Below are positions 19,001-27,398 of a stretch of DNA of 64,000 bases, piece after piece. Within the stretch, counting starts at the first letter, position 1; every line of letters starts with the position of its first letter. Source of the DNA: a virus; IMG/VR virus record IMGVR_UViG_3300036985_002638, positions 9,845 to 73,844 of that record; one strand, 5' to 3'. A program made the position numbers and the translations under genes. Below the pieces are notes generated by a model. It made no database searches. It saw only the letters and a program-made list of their open reading frames with translations, and was not told the DNA's origin.

Positions 19001-21302
19001 AGCTAAAAGATACTTAGGGTACTTAAAATATAAAAAAGACTTTAGAGCAGTACAAGCTATCCTAAAAGATAAGGATTTAGATGAATATACTGAAAATGAG
19101 TTAAACGATTTAATTACTAAGTTATTTTCATTTAATGATAGAGCAGCTAAGGCAGTAAAAGAGAGAGCGTATCAAAGACTTGGACACCTAGTTACTGTTA
19201 AGCAAAACGAGATACATAAAGATAAAGAAGGCTTTATAGAGGCATTAGGTAAAACAAGTGATATTAGTCCACTACAAAGTAAGATATTACATTACTCTCA
19301 ATTTTCTGAAAAGAATGCAGATATGCAAGCCTTAGCATTAGCAAATGGAAAGGCTATTATTGATAAAATAACTGAAGCTAATTCATTAAAAGATACTCAT
19401 GCTAAACTTGGATTAAAAGTAATTCAAGAAGAGAATAAGAGATTAGGTATTACAGGTAAAGCCGCCAATAGATTTAGTTCTGATTCAAGTAAATACTTTG
19501 AGTGGATGATAGATGATAATGGTAATTACTTAACAATAGATGAAGCAAAAGCTAAAGGATTGTCTAAAGCTAAACTTGACTACTTAGACTTCCATAGAGA
19601 AACAGTTGCAGGATATAGAGAATCTATGTCTGCAAATGACTATGAGAATGTTAAAATGGGTGCCATTAGAGTAGATAAGAACTTTAGAGAGGCTTATAAA
19701 TCAGAAGGTTTAATTCCTGCTTTTAGTTATTACTTAGGTGGAGGAGCAACTAACTTAGGTAGAGTTAGAATCCTACATAATGGTAAGGTAATGTCTTATT
19801 CTGAAATAGAGAAAGAGATTATTGCTGGTGTTGACAAGAAAAACATTAAGAGTATAGCAAAGGCTTTATATAATTTACTTGTAGCTAACATTAAAGCTAG
19901 ACGCCAATTAAAGAAAGGTCAAAATATTGATGAGAAAGATAATCCATTAGAGTTAAAAGGAGATGCTGAGTATTCATTAAACGAGAAAGGTCAATTAGTA
20001 AGTAAGTTTGATAAGCCAAGAGCTAAAGATAGAGGTTACTCAAAAGACTTCTATAAAGCTATGAATCAATTTATAGATGAGTCAGCACACGTTAAGCATA
20101 TCAGTAAGATTATGCCATTAGTTGAGGCTATAGAGTATCTTAATAAGTATGGTTACATGGAAGAGGGATATGTTCCTAAAAAGAATGTATCTAAGTGGAT
20201 TAACGATTGGAAAGCTTTACAGATTTTCAAAGAACCTTATGTAAATGATCCTGTTATTGATGCGGCTATTAAATCTTTAAGAAAATTAGTAGCAAGTACA
20301 ACAATGTGGTTTAATATTCCTGCTAATGCTATTAACGTATTTGTAGGTAACTACAATAATTGGAGAGCTGAGAACGCAGAAACATTAGCTAGAGGTAATG
20401 CTAGATTATTTGGAGGTAAAGGAAGTAGAAAAAAAGTAGGTATTGTTAATGATTATGCTTTGGCTATTATTAAAAAATACAACTTAGTAAACCAAGATTT
20501 TGACTCTCATCCTGTAATTAAAGCAGGTAGTATATTTTCTAAGTTAGCAACGTGGGGTACTCAAGTAGGTGAATATCAAATACAAGGTTCTTTAGGGTTA
20601 GGTTTACTTAATCAAGAAGAGTTTGATAGTTTTGAGTTTACTAAAGATAAATACGGTAACGATGTATTAACTGTTAAGCCTAATGGAAAGTATACTGAAG
20701 ATGAGATTAAATCTAAAATGACTCAAGTTAAGAATAGAGTTACTGATATACAAGGTAAGTATCCTGACGAAGACCGCCGTAATATTATGCGTGGAGAGTT
20801 CGGTAAAGCTTTATTCCAATTTAAAGTATGGATGCCAGATTGGTTCAAAGAAAGATTCTCAGCTAGATACTTTAATGCTTATGGCCAAGAGAAAGAAGGT
20901 TCTTATACTAAGATGTTAAGAGTAGGAGTTAAAGAAATGGCTGCCGATTTAAAGAAAGGTGATATTAAAAAAGCTTTAACTAATCCTGCTTTTGTTCAAA
21001 ACTTAAAAGGAATGGCTACAATCGGAGCTTTATTAGCTCTTAAACACGGAGGAGATGACGATGATGATAAGAAAAAAGGTGGGTTAAATTGGGATAGTGC
21101 ATTAAGTCAAGTATTATTTATCTTTGATTTAGAGCAAGATAAGTACATGGTAAGTAACCCTGCTGCTATTTTGGGCAAGATTAAAGATATGTTAAATGCT
21201 TTTGAGGCACTTGTAGGATTTGAGGAAGATGCTTGGCAGAAAACTAAGAGAATTTTACCAGGAGGTAAAGCTGTAACATTTGTTGAAAATCAAATAAAAT
21301 AA
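13047..21302 (+). CDS. Giant polyvalent ejection protein with zincin metallopeptidase and GNAT-like modules
   Basis: 2751 aa; INPNYAGLDTPIHEAGH (HExxH) followed by EVLAEAIG; GNAT-like SISTDGLRVW; no RNAP DxDxD motif seen. Confidence 0.65.
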   Translation: MPEKPKFNPNEPYKTVNTAKPAFDPNQDFKVIDEGRTFDRDSNVELPKYTTPQDLEIDSTLNFIQENSLRTMRDDEKDILKNMMKNPLTSKEELSDAIVTLQGKKAKQIDNSWTTPDYYMKRDEKSGNYKPIALEQGEKIPVGYHAASIWGTKESAKDDNAWQDIGKSLANGVFGLMGGVVDVAQSGYELVTGDESETLRSGKNAIEGLKFEKDADLDRPVYNMEGITKWADLLDKDRFDFSPQALWGTFNSTAESLTEFGLGSLTGATWLKGAKALKYGYKGIDKALDLGKAGKLGAIFTGSFFTNIGETRDAAEEAGLEGRDKGAVSLGIATVKSAIDAAFGLEGKIMSNAFKASEREVFKNLIKKAEKDAVTGLITPNGFKQLMKEASLEYSTLAKVGSKSGQVVKDMIEEGSNEVATDFAQKAGEQLWDKLTPDERGQFGTDAFDAKSFGSYANSFTQGAISGGMMSIPSQVLKNNHDRQSINAYERVKEGPEAVNALRTDLNNALDKGEITPSEHEQANFKIDAYSKYNEETKGVNLKPENEKKAFELSFQIQGLKTEIPTNENEISKLDPIARAKVESKQKQAKELQSELNDIIRQGEIKGEPVIPKKEEERIQKEKEKEIKVEETNSKLSQEKEVEKAKTRQPDIEGLGKEKVITYPKLENKPYWKDDKRTYEEIDTEEFNNPSTDARTIHRVVRKEAYNKPNRKLFGNLTKRLYSYINDEGDRMKGDVIEVTMEDGKKIRVASSKQEFKDENDKTVRWDDIFRRHFRSERTQGNEEGLPVGIRAVDLNNPLNEDKGPDYKPGKIALKVFDARTGKFLSWAKETKTGSAESLDKAGNELYTAEQKDLLKTLEQQMYNENPEGGDVIERLTKPKPKPTPTDLKAQKTDIERRNKETESKIKNKELFLAEYDEKGNKIGESVGEMISQSSAAPIATSVREQDGFEFVEFSNPQTGQVDVIVSGDTKGNYVGFYRLYENGKPTNKWSSKMNSKSKTAFKTMISGVQEMLPQNHEYSEKTSISTDGLRVWNQQLQRGYELQYDSNGDLITDAVAINGDALVNELGIDVNEGNFDNISVTSKKQFETVKKALLPYLEKFGLNESNIRNVSGTVEIDLPVLRKSNTTQPTTQTSNQSEIEAKKADIEKRSGLNGVEEIIFSNPNFRLEGFEIDGNYWNVVTSTDRAKVLVNINGVIVPFYLTTGQAGKGLVPGWYPFFGIGKDGWLNKTDKSDMETYYERYWGKETADIVKSISEELNGFYGTDPSAFKNDGDPNATSRPLTTLADKVEDYINSKLNYTPAINNADARKTLRSNVEQLGKEINAKYDAELAALEGTTTTTEKAKVATEKIVEEGKAKVAEQKASVPLTITKAVKQQLYDLGYSKVNVDNMKPERALDIINKQETNKKEVISEKESTKKEPAAKKDSSSLRRKITGYNQLSSDEKKSDFGVNLRKEIQKEVEEFGGSLKPLLKGKIQLLDSEGKQVKKAPIKRKQSVIDAEKAIAKKRKDALSTNPTTPEQYIAMVIGSKGQFKESVVGEIPDVPSMMKDFKNGYTLESLYQGYQEKSGFYDINEDDFNSRANSFLSDYLTKGGRDLAIDYAVEAYEREINDGYTDKEIAEMVAYGESLGLTENEVVVIDESVQNLNEEEVTELETKIENTNEKDRNEESANKIIQNIAGEEGSNKSPFDEMESEQDSEEGKDIIKGEEGAEPFQKVSQRKGDFQKVFEKIQANFKGITVVEDASKFKGEQSTVAGKVSADGKTIYINPNYAGLDTPIHEAGHILIDAMGYNNRIIQAAIKQLRTTPLYAETKERYKELSESELDKEVLAEAIGREGADIFDKVEDRSKFKAYLDYIFDWLKQKLGLDKNVAKSLAKQIIGGVKTKELKGVATGKEQLQKDKKKPFADQALKYNQYATAEGFDAQKEFDKYEQATVELREVKEDEKLATIAADEAVTDEEIKSADAELEKQRALLKEASKEFAIKAKRYLGYLKYKKDFRAVQAILKDKDLDEYTENELNDLITKLFSFNDRAAKAVKERAYQRLGHLVTVKQNEIHKDKEGFIEALGKTSDISPLQSKILHYSQFSEKNADMQALALANGKAIIDKITEANSLKDTHAKLGLKVIQEENKRLGITGKAANRFSSDSSKYFEWMIDDNGNYLTIDEAKAKGLSKAKLDYLDFHRETVAGYRESMSANDYENVKMGAIRVDKNFREAYKSEGLIPAFSYYLGGGATNLGRVRILHNGKVMSYSEIEKEIIAGVDKKNIKSIAKALYNLLVANIKARRQLKKGQNIDEKDNPLELKGDAEYSLNEKGQLVSKFDKPRAKDRGYSKDFYKAMNQFIDESAHVKHISKIMPLVEAIEYLNKYGYMEEGYVPKKNVSKWINDWKALQIFKEPYVNDPVIDAAIKSLRKLVASTTMWFNIPANAINVFVGNYNNWRAENAETLARGNARLFGGKGSRKKVGIVNDYALAIIKKYNLVNQDFDSHPVIKAGSIFSKLATWGTQVGEYQIQGSLGLGLLNQEEFDSFEFTKDKYGNDVLTVKPNGKYTEDEIKSKMTQVKNRVTDIQGKYPDEDRRNIMRGEFGKALFQFKVWMPDWFKERFSARYFNAYGQEKEGSYTKMLRVGVKEMAADLKKGDIKKALTNPAFVQNLKGMATIGALLALKHGGDDDDDKKKGGLNWDSALSQVLFIFDLEQDKYMVSNPAAILGKIKDMLNAFEALVGFEEDAWQKTKRILPGGKAVTFVENQIK

Positions 21303-21332
21303 TCTATATATTTACACTATAAAAGTAATAAA

Positions 21333-22004
21333 ATGGCATTAGAAAGAATAGATTTAACAGGTTGTATCGAAATAGAGAAAGGTTGCACACAACTTTTGTT
21401 CTCAGATATAACTGGATTCCTTGTTACAGTATGTAACGATGAGTATAATGAATTTGGATATGGATTAATAGATGGAATAGCATTAGATGATGTTACTTCC
21501 GCGCAATTAAACGTCTATTATCCTTCGATGACTACGCCTATTACTTTTGATTTCATTATCGCTAGTCACGTTATTACAGAATGTTTATTCACTGATTTAA
21601 ACGGAACAGTAACAGATATTACTGCTTTATTAGAATCTACAGTATTCCCTTTGACTAACTTTGATGTTACTTTAGCTGCTTATGGAGTTACTTTACCTGA
21701 AATGGCGGATGGCATCTTTAAATGGGATTACACTATCAGTGGATTGAGTGGAGGATTATCATTCTCTTATACTACTTCAGATGAAGCTTTGTCTAGTTGT
21801 TCAGTAAATTGTTGCATAGAGAATAAATATGTAGAAATGGACTTATCTTGCGGATGCTTTGACGATAAATTAAAAAACTTAATTCTATCAGAAGTATTAT
21901 TACAAGGCGCTAAATACGCTATGAACGTAGGACAAGATAATAAAGCTCAAGGTATGTTAGATAAGGCTGCTGAGATTTGTGATAGTAATTGTACAGATTG
22001 TTAA
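21333..22004 (+). CDS. Cys-rich structural protein (putative tail hub/fibre anchor)
   Basis: 223 aa, CSVNCC and CDSNCTDC; position after the cargo genes. Confidence 0.4.
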   Translation: MALERIDLTGCIEIEKGCTQLLFSDITGFLVTVCNDEYNEFGYGLIDGIALDDVTSAQLNVYYPSMTTPITFDFIIASHVITECLFTDLNGTVTDITALLESTVFPLTNFDVTLAAYGVTLPEMADGIFKWDYTISGLSGGLSFSYTTSDEALSSCSVNCCIENKYVEMDLSCGCFDDKLKNLILSEVLLQGAKYAMNVGQDNKAQGMLDKAAEICDSNCTDC

Positions 22005-22022
22005 AAATTAAAAATATTAAAT

Positions 22023-22424
22023 ATGTGTAAATGTTCAGGTAAATGTGGTTGTAATATCACATCAACAACAAAAGGAGAAAAAGGTGATGCTAGTCCAGTA
22101 TCTAATTTAGGATATAAAGTTTATTCTGCATTAATTTCACAATCTGGAACTAGTATACCTACCGCTAATGTTTTTCAAAACACATTAGGCGCTACGATTA
22201 GCTTCACAAGGTCTGCTATCGGAGTATACGTTGCTACTTTTTCATCTGACCCAACAACAGATTCAGCTAAAATATTAGTAGTTGTTAGTGCAAATTCTCT
22301 TGGGGTTTTAACTCAAACTGCTAAAACAACTAGTACGGTTGGATTTAGAAGTTATAATTATTCTGCTGCTCTGTCTGATGATATATTGGCAAATAATTTT
22401 TTAGAAATTCGCGTATACCCATAA
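22023..22424 (+). CDS. Structural/tail fibre-associated protein
   Basis: MCKCSGKCGC N-terminus, short collagen-like KGEKGD, YKVYSALISQSG...LEIRVY beta domain seen in Bacteroidota phage fibres. Confidence 0.45.
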   Translation: MCKCSGKCGCNITSTTKGEKGDASPVSNLGYKVYSALISQSGTSIPTANVFQNTLGATISFTRSAIGVYVATFSSDPTTDSAKILVVVSANSLGVLTQTAKTTSTVGFRSYNYSAALSDDILANNFLEIRVYP

Positions 22425-23008
22425 TGGAAATTCAAACTAAACATAGACTAGAATTATTAAACGCAAAGTGTAATTATGTTTGCGCTGTAGATATTTTACA
22501 AAATAAAATGTCTTACGGAGAGGATGTATCATGTTGCATTAATAAACTTTACTTGGCTCAAAAACTTATAGGGAGACTTGAGTGTTTTTGTTTTGAAACT
22601 CCTGTGTATGACAATGCTGTGTCAGCAGAGTTTACTTTTACTGTAGCTAATAATTTCTACTTACCAGATACTATTTTGCAATTAGATGTTAATGGAGTTC
22701 AAGTAGCAACTAAAATAATAGAAAAGGAACCACCAATAAAACCTATATCGTGGTCTGAATTATTAGATAGTATTAATTATACTTACGAATTAGTAAATAA
22801 TGGCGACACCAGTACACTTACTTTAATCATGCCTTGTAACATTACAGACATTACAGCATCAATAACTAAATCAGGAGTAACTAATACATTTATTTTAACT
22901 AATACTGTTGTAGGAGTATGTGAAGTACCTACACCTCCTTGTTATAACTGTATAGAGAACTCTGATTTACCTAAAATGTATGAAGTGTTACATAAATTAT
23001 TACAATGA
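22424..23008 (+). CDS. Cys-rich putative structural protein
   Basis: 194 aa, Cys clusters at both ends, overlaps neighbouring genes. Confidence 0.35.
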   Translation: MEIQTKHRLELLNAKCNYVCAVDILQNKMSYGEDVSCCINKLYLAQKLIGRLECFCFETPVYDNAVSAEFTFTVANNFYLPDTILQLDVNGVQVATKIIEKEPPIKPISWSELLDSINYTYELVNNGDTSTLTLIMPCNITDITASITKSGVTNTFILTNTVVGVCEVPTPPCYNCIENSDLPKMYEVLHKLLQ

Positions 23009-23532
23009 TTTTTACAATAGCTCAGATAAACACTATATGGCAAAATAAAACTGCCACATTAGATAAAATTTATCTTTGTGATGATAATTATATGTATAAG
23101 GGAGTGAGTAACGGCGCTTTAACAAGAGTTCTTACTGGCAACTTAGATAATTATAAAGCTGAGTTAAGAAAGCAACAGTTAGCTGCTGAGCAAGAGGAAT
23201 ATCAACAGCAATTAACTGTAGAGTCATTAGTTAGTCAAGTATCAGAATTAAGTACAAAATCTGAAATAAAACAAGTAGAGGTTGATTTTGGTAACGAAGG
23301 ATTATTTGAAAAAGAATTTACTATATATGACAGTAGAATATTATCAGATACATTAATATTAGCATCATTAGCATACTCTAAACCAACAGATAAAGATTTA
23401 GATGAATTAGAGATGGATGATTTAATAATTAAAGCAGGGGTATCATCCGAAGAAATATTTAACTTGTTTATAACGGCAGCAGATGGAAGTCCATTAGAAG
23501 GAAAATTTAAAATTAACTACTCAATAAATTAA
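23005..23532 (+). CDS. Hypothetical (putative structural) protein
   Basis: 175 aa, coiled-coil then beta domain, in the late operon. Confidence 0.35.
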   Translation: MIFTIAQINTIWQNKTATLDKIYLCDDNYMYKGVSNGALTRVLTGNLDNYKAELRKQQLAAEQEEYQQQLTVESLVSQVSELSTKSEIKQVEVDFGNEGLFEKEFTIYDSRILSDTLILASLAYSKPTDKDLDELEMDDLIIKAGVSSEEIFNLFITAADGSPLEGKFKINYSIN

Positions 23533-23537
23533 ATATT

Positions 23538-24146
23538 ATGGCAATTATTAAAGACTTATTAGGATATATTTGGAAAATAGATCAAACTTCTCAAGCAGGT
23601 AGAGTTACACAATATAATACAGATGCTTCTTTAGTTAAAACTATTGATGGTGTTTCTAAAACGTATTCAGCTTCTATAACAGGACTTGTTGTTGCTGCGG
23701 CGGCTACTGATTTTTTTATGATAACAGGAAGTGCTACTAAAACAATCCGTATAACTAAAATAGAATTGATAGGTACGGCTACTGGAGATATAGTTACAGA
23801 TATTACAGTTATAAAGAGGTCTACATTAAATGAAGAAGGAACATCAACAACTTTAACAAGTGTTCCTCACGATAGTTCAGATGAACCAGCTACATCAGTT
23901 ATAAAAGCTTATACTGTTAACTCAAAAAAATTAGGTACATCTGTTGGTGATATAATTTCTCATAAATTATTTTTAAGTACATCCAAAACTCAACCATACG
24001 CATTAAAAATGTTATTTGGAGATAGAGCTTCTAAAGCTATTGTTTTAAGAGGAGCCGACCAATGTTTATGTTTAAATTACAATGGAAATACTAATGCAGG
24101 TAACGCTATATCTATTTCAGTAGAGTTCATAGAAGACTCCTTGTAG
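23538..24146 (+). CDS. Putative structural beta-sandwich protein
   Basis: 202 aa, Thr/Ser-rich, in the late operon. Confidence 0.35.
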   Translation: MAIIKDLLGYIWKIDQTSQAGRVTQYNTDASLVKTIDGVSKTYSASITGLVVAAAATDFFMITGSATKTIRITKIELIGTATGDIVTDITVIKRSTLNEEGTSTTLTSVPHDSSDEPATSVIKAYTVNSKKLGTSVGDIISHKLFLSTSKTQPYALKMLFGDRASKAIVLRGADQCLCLNYNGNTNAGNAISISVEFIEDSL

Positions 24147-24158
24147 TATTAGTATCTA

Positions 24159-24728
24159 GTGAAAAAATGCTGCAAATGTAAAATAGAAAAGAATATTGTT
24201 TGTTTTGTTTTTTACAAAACAACAAAGGATGGTCTATCGCCAGATTGTAAATCTTGTAGAAAAATATATAAAGCAAAATGGGATGCTAATAATAAAGAGC
24301 ATAAAAGTATGTATAAAAAGAAATGGTATATTGAAAACAAAGAAGATGTTAAGCAATATGGAAAAGATAATATAGTAAAAACAAGGTTATCTGCAAAGAA
24401 ATATCAACAAAAACACAGAGATGAAAATCCTGAAATTTATTCTTCAAAAGAGTATAAAGAAAAAATGCGTTATTTAACCATAAAATCTAAGTACGGAATT
24501 ACATCAGAAGATTATAATGCAATGTTTCTTAAACAAGAAGGTAAATGTGAAATTTGTAAAATTCACCAAAGTAATATAAATAGAACATTGGTAATAGACC
24601 ATTGTCACGCTACAAATAAGGTTAGGGCATTACTTTGTCATAAATGTAATCTTGCAATAGGGTTAATGAATGAAAGTATAGAATCGTTAAAATCAGCCAT
24701 GAATTATATTAATAAATGGACTGAATAA
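24159..24728 (+). CDS. Endonuclease VII-family (HNH) free-standing endonuclease
   Basis: YGIT..Y..MF..QEGKCEIC...IDHCHATNKVRALLCHKCNLAIG signature and N-terminal CxxC zinc motif. Confidence 0.85.
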   Translation: MKKCCKCKIEKNIVCFVFYKTTKDGLSPDCKSCRKIYKAKWDANNKEHKSMYKKKWYIENKEDVKQYGKDNIVKTRLSAKKYQQKHRDENPEIYSSKEYKEKMRYLTIKSKYGITSEDYNAMFLKQEGKCEICKIHQSNINRTLVIDHCHATNKVRALLCHKCNLAIGLMNESIESLKSAMNYINKWTE

Positions 24729-24747
24729 TAGTTAGCTATAAAATAAT

Positions 24748-24776
24748 AAAAAACCCTCTTTTTTAGGGAGGGTTAA
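24748..24776. terminator. Intrinsic terminator between convergent late and replication operons
   Basis: AACCCTC...GAGGGTT hairpin flanked by an A-tract. Confidence 0.6.
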
Positions 24777-24876
24777 TTACTGACTTACGATTCAGATGAG
24801 CTAGTGGGCTTTAATTTATTTAGGAATAGATTAAACGCATCTCATTTTTACGATTCACACGTCTGTGACCAATGTT

Positions 24877-25272
24877 TTAAACATCATTTAGGCTAAATAT
24901 AATTCCTTTACAGAAGCTTTTACCGTCTTTTTTTAAATCATACTGAACGTGCTTTATAAGAGTTAAGAACTTCCATTTGAATAGACTGTGCTTATCCCAA
25001 AACACTTCTATCACTTTTCTTGATTTATTAGGACACTGCTTAGTATAAGGTACATATTCATCTCCTTCTTTAGCCATAAATATCTGTCCGCCGTGAAGTA
25101 AATCAAACTCATCTTTTAAAGAACCACTAAAGATTATAGTATCGTCACCAATGGCAGACACTATTACTAAGTTACTGTATTTAGCTGAGTTAATAACACT
25201 TTTAGTAAAGCTATCATCTACGTCAAATCCATTTAATTGTTTTGCTAGTTCTTCAGCAGATATTTTGCTCAT
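24877..25272 (-). CDS. Conserved phage hypothetical protein
   Basis: 131 aa, abuts the GroES gene. Confidence 0.55.
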   Translation of the reverse strand: MSKISAEELAKQLNGFDVDDSFTKSVINSAKYSNLVIVSAIGDDTIIFSGSLKDEFDLLHGGQIFMAKEGDEYVPYTKQCPNKSRKVIEVFWDKHSLFKWKFLTLIKHVQYDLKKDGKSFCKGIIFSLNDV

Positions 25273-25806
25273 TTACTTCTTTTTAGACTGTTTAGTAACT
25301 GCGAAAATTGTCTTTTTTCTAGCTTTCAACTTCTCTTCATAAATGTCTTCTTTGTTAGCTTGAGCTTTATCTACACGTTTTAATGTAGCTGCTTGAGTTT
25401 GTATTTTAGCGTTTCTACGTTTCTGTTCCGCCGACTCTGGAGCTGCTTTTACTTGAGCTTCTTCATCTAATACAATGTAATAAATAGAACTCTCATGCGT
25501 CATTAAATAAGGCTTACCATTGATAATAGACTCTAAGTTAGCCATTGAATTGTAAATCACTAATAAACCCACTTTAAGGTAATCTGAACACTCAGGACCT
25601 AATGCTATGATTCTAGCAGTAAACTCTTGAGTACTAACTGCATCAGGAATGATTAATCCTGTTTCAGACTTTCTTTCTCCTCCTTTAACGCGTTGTAATA
25701 AAACTGATTTACCTAATGGAATAACGTTTACATTACTTTTAACTAAATCCTCTGGCACTTTGATTGCTTGGATTCTTTTTGCTAATTGCTGATTAATGCT
25801 TTCCAT
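25273..25806 (-). CDS. groES: Co-chaperonin GroES-like protein with basic C-terminal extension
   Basis: IPLGKSVLL..., mobile loop KSETGLIIPD, IIALGP, LKVG..VIY. Confidence 0.8.
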   Translation of the reverse strand: MESINQQLAKRIQAIKVPEDLVKSNVNVIPLGKSVLLQRVKGGERKSETGLIIPDAVSTQEFTARIIALGPECSDYLKVGLLVIYNSMANLESIINGKPYLMTHESSIYYIVLDEEAQVKAAPESAEQKRRNAKIQTQAATLKRVDKAQANKEDIYEEKLKARKKTIFAVTKQSKKK

Positions 25807-25966
25807 AGGTAGTAGGCTGTGTTGTTGTTAATTTAACTTTTGGGAATTTGTTTTCTGTCATCCATGCTTTTAAGCAATCGGCTCGTTTTGACATTTTTAA
25901 TTTACTCATTTTTTCTTTTTTTTGTTTGGTTATAAAATTAAACTATTTGTATTTATTATCAAAATA

Positions 25967-26257
25967 TTAAGCGCATAAACTGTTTAAAAAATCAACAATT
26001 CTTTTAGCTTCTAAATCCCACATATTATAAAGTTCGTTTCCTTTGTTTTTATCTCGGATTTCTATCACTTTATTTTTCCAATCTCTGACTTGTTGAATAT
26101 CATCTGACAATATTCTGTCTAACTGCTTAGTAGTAGAGAATGGATCAGGTTCTTTAACATAGATTAACTCAGAACTATCCTCTGTTTTATTTTCTAACAT
26201 TTCTTTGCTAATGTCTTTATTGTCTGAAGGATGTATTATCTTTATCATTATTGACAT
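25967..26257 (-). CDS. Hypothetical protein
   Basis: 96 aa, in operon. Confidence 0.5.
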   Translation of the reverse strand: MSIMIKIIHPSDNKDISKEMLENKTEDSSELIYVKEPDPFSTTKQLDRILSDDIQQVRDWKNKVIEIRDKNKGNELYNMWDLEAKRIVDFLNSLCA

Positions 26258-26493
26258 TCATTGCAACTGTTTTTTTCTATAACAGTTAGGTTCATTTGAT
26301 TAGTTGCTCCATAGTTTGAAGTGGCTTGATATTCTGCATCCGTTGAGGTGCATTTGTAGAATATAAAAGAGTTATTGAAACCCATCTGATACCAACAATA
26401 TACTTTTGAATTTGTTGTTTGTGTTGTGCTGCTTGGAGCAGTAGTTTTCTTTTGACATCCTACAAATAGGACTAAAATTAATAAGTGTTTCAT
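26248..26493 (-). CDS. Small lipoprotein
   Basis: MKHLLILVLFVG|C lipobox, four further Cys, own promoter motif. Confidence 0.65.
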   Translation of the reverse strand: MKHLLILVLFVGCQKKTTAPSSTTQTTNSKVYCWYQMGFNNSFIFYKCTSTDAEYQATSNYGATNQMNLTVIEKNSCNECQ

Positions 26494-26574
26494 AATTATT
26501 TGTTTTTGATTTAAATTTTATACGATACTTGATATAAAAGGTTACAAATTAATCAATCATTTTAATTGTTTAAA

Positions 26575-26868
26575 CTAATCTTTGATAAATGTACCGTCTA
26601 CAGTCTTTCCACTTCTATTAGATATTTCTACCCATGCAGCTTCTAAACAGTCTTCTATTCTTAATTGATTCTGCTCTGCGAGTATAATTAAAGTAACCAT
26701 TACATCACCTATGCCATCAATTAATTTAGGAGTATCCTTCTTCAATAAAGCAGATGCTACTTCTCCTACTTCTTCTGTTACTTTAGCCATTTGAGCTAAT
26801 GAGTTTTCTTTTTTCAATAGGTTCTTATCCGCCGCCCATTGAACTACATTTTTGATTGTTTCTTGCAT
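26575..26868 (-). CDS. MazG-like nucleotide pyrophosphohydrolase
   Basis: KVTEEVGEV...DGIGDVMVTL...AWVEISNRSGKTVDGTFIK. Confidence 0.85.
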   Translation of the reverse strand: MQETIKNVVQWAADKNLLKKENSLAQMAKVTEEVGEVASALLKKDTPKLIDGIGDVMVTLIILAEQNQLRIEDCLEAAWVEISNRSGKTVDGTFIKD

Positions 26869-26926
26869 GATTATTTGTTTTTGATTTAAATTTTATACGA
26901 TAATTAATGTAAAAGGTTACACTTTT

Positions 26927-27397
26927 TTAACTCAAGTTTGAATTATATTCTTGTTTTAATCTTTCTTCTAATTGAAATACTTTCTGCCACTCAGGTTTAT
27001 TGATTATTTCACTTCGCGGATTGTTATCGAAAATACTATGGCATCCTGTTCCTTGTATATTATAACACATTATTCTGATATTATCAGGGTTAAGCCTAAA
27101 TCTCTCATATCTGCTTTTTCTGAGTATATGAGCAAAGTTTGAATGAGTTACAAGGCTAAGTCTTTTTTCGCATACAAAGCAAGTAATAGGATTATCCTCG
27201 AATGAATCTAATATAACTTGGAATACATCTTTCTCTCCTGTAGCTTTAAATACTTGCTTTTTAGCTACCGATTTACCTTCCGATTTCTTTTTAGCTTGTT
27301 TAAGTTCGTAATTACATCTTTGGCAGTAGCCTTTTTTAACAGCTATAACACCTTCTTTGTCACATTTTACACAAACTCCATGATGCGGTTGAAACAT
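26927..27397 (-). CDS. Zn-binding HNH-like nuclease (NinG/Ref-like)
   Basis: CxxC pairs, FAHIL...RLNPDNIRIMC...CH. Confidence 0.6.
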   Translation of the reverse strand: MFQPHHGVCVKCDKEGVIAVKKGYCQRCNYELKQAKKKSEGKSVAKKQVFKATGEKDVFQVILDSFEDNPITCFVCEKRLSLVTHSNFAHILRKSRYERFRLNPDNIRIMCYNIQGTGCHSIFDNNPRSEIINKPEWQKVFQLEERLKQEYNSNLS

Positions 27398-27398
27398 A

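Noticed and set aside
21055-21075. GDDDDDK as an RNA polymerase catalytic motif
   Set aside because: It is the acidic linker following a hydrophobic helix near the C-terminus, with no surrounding RNAP context.
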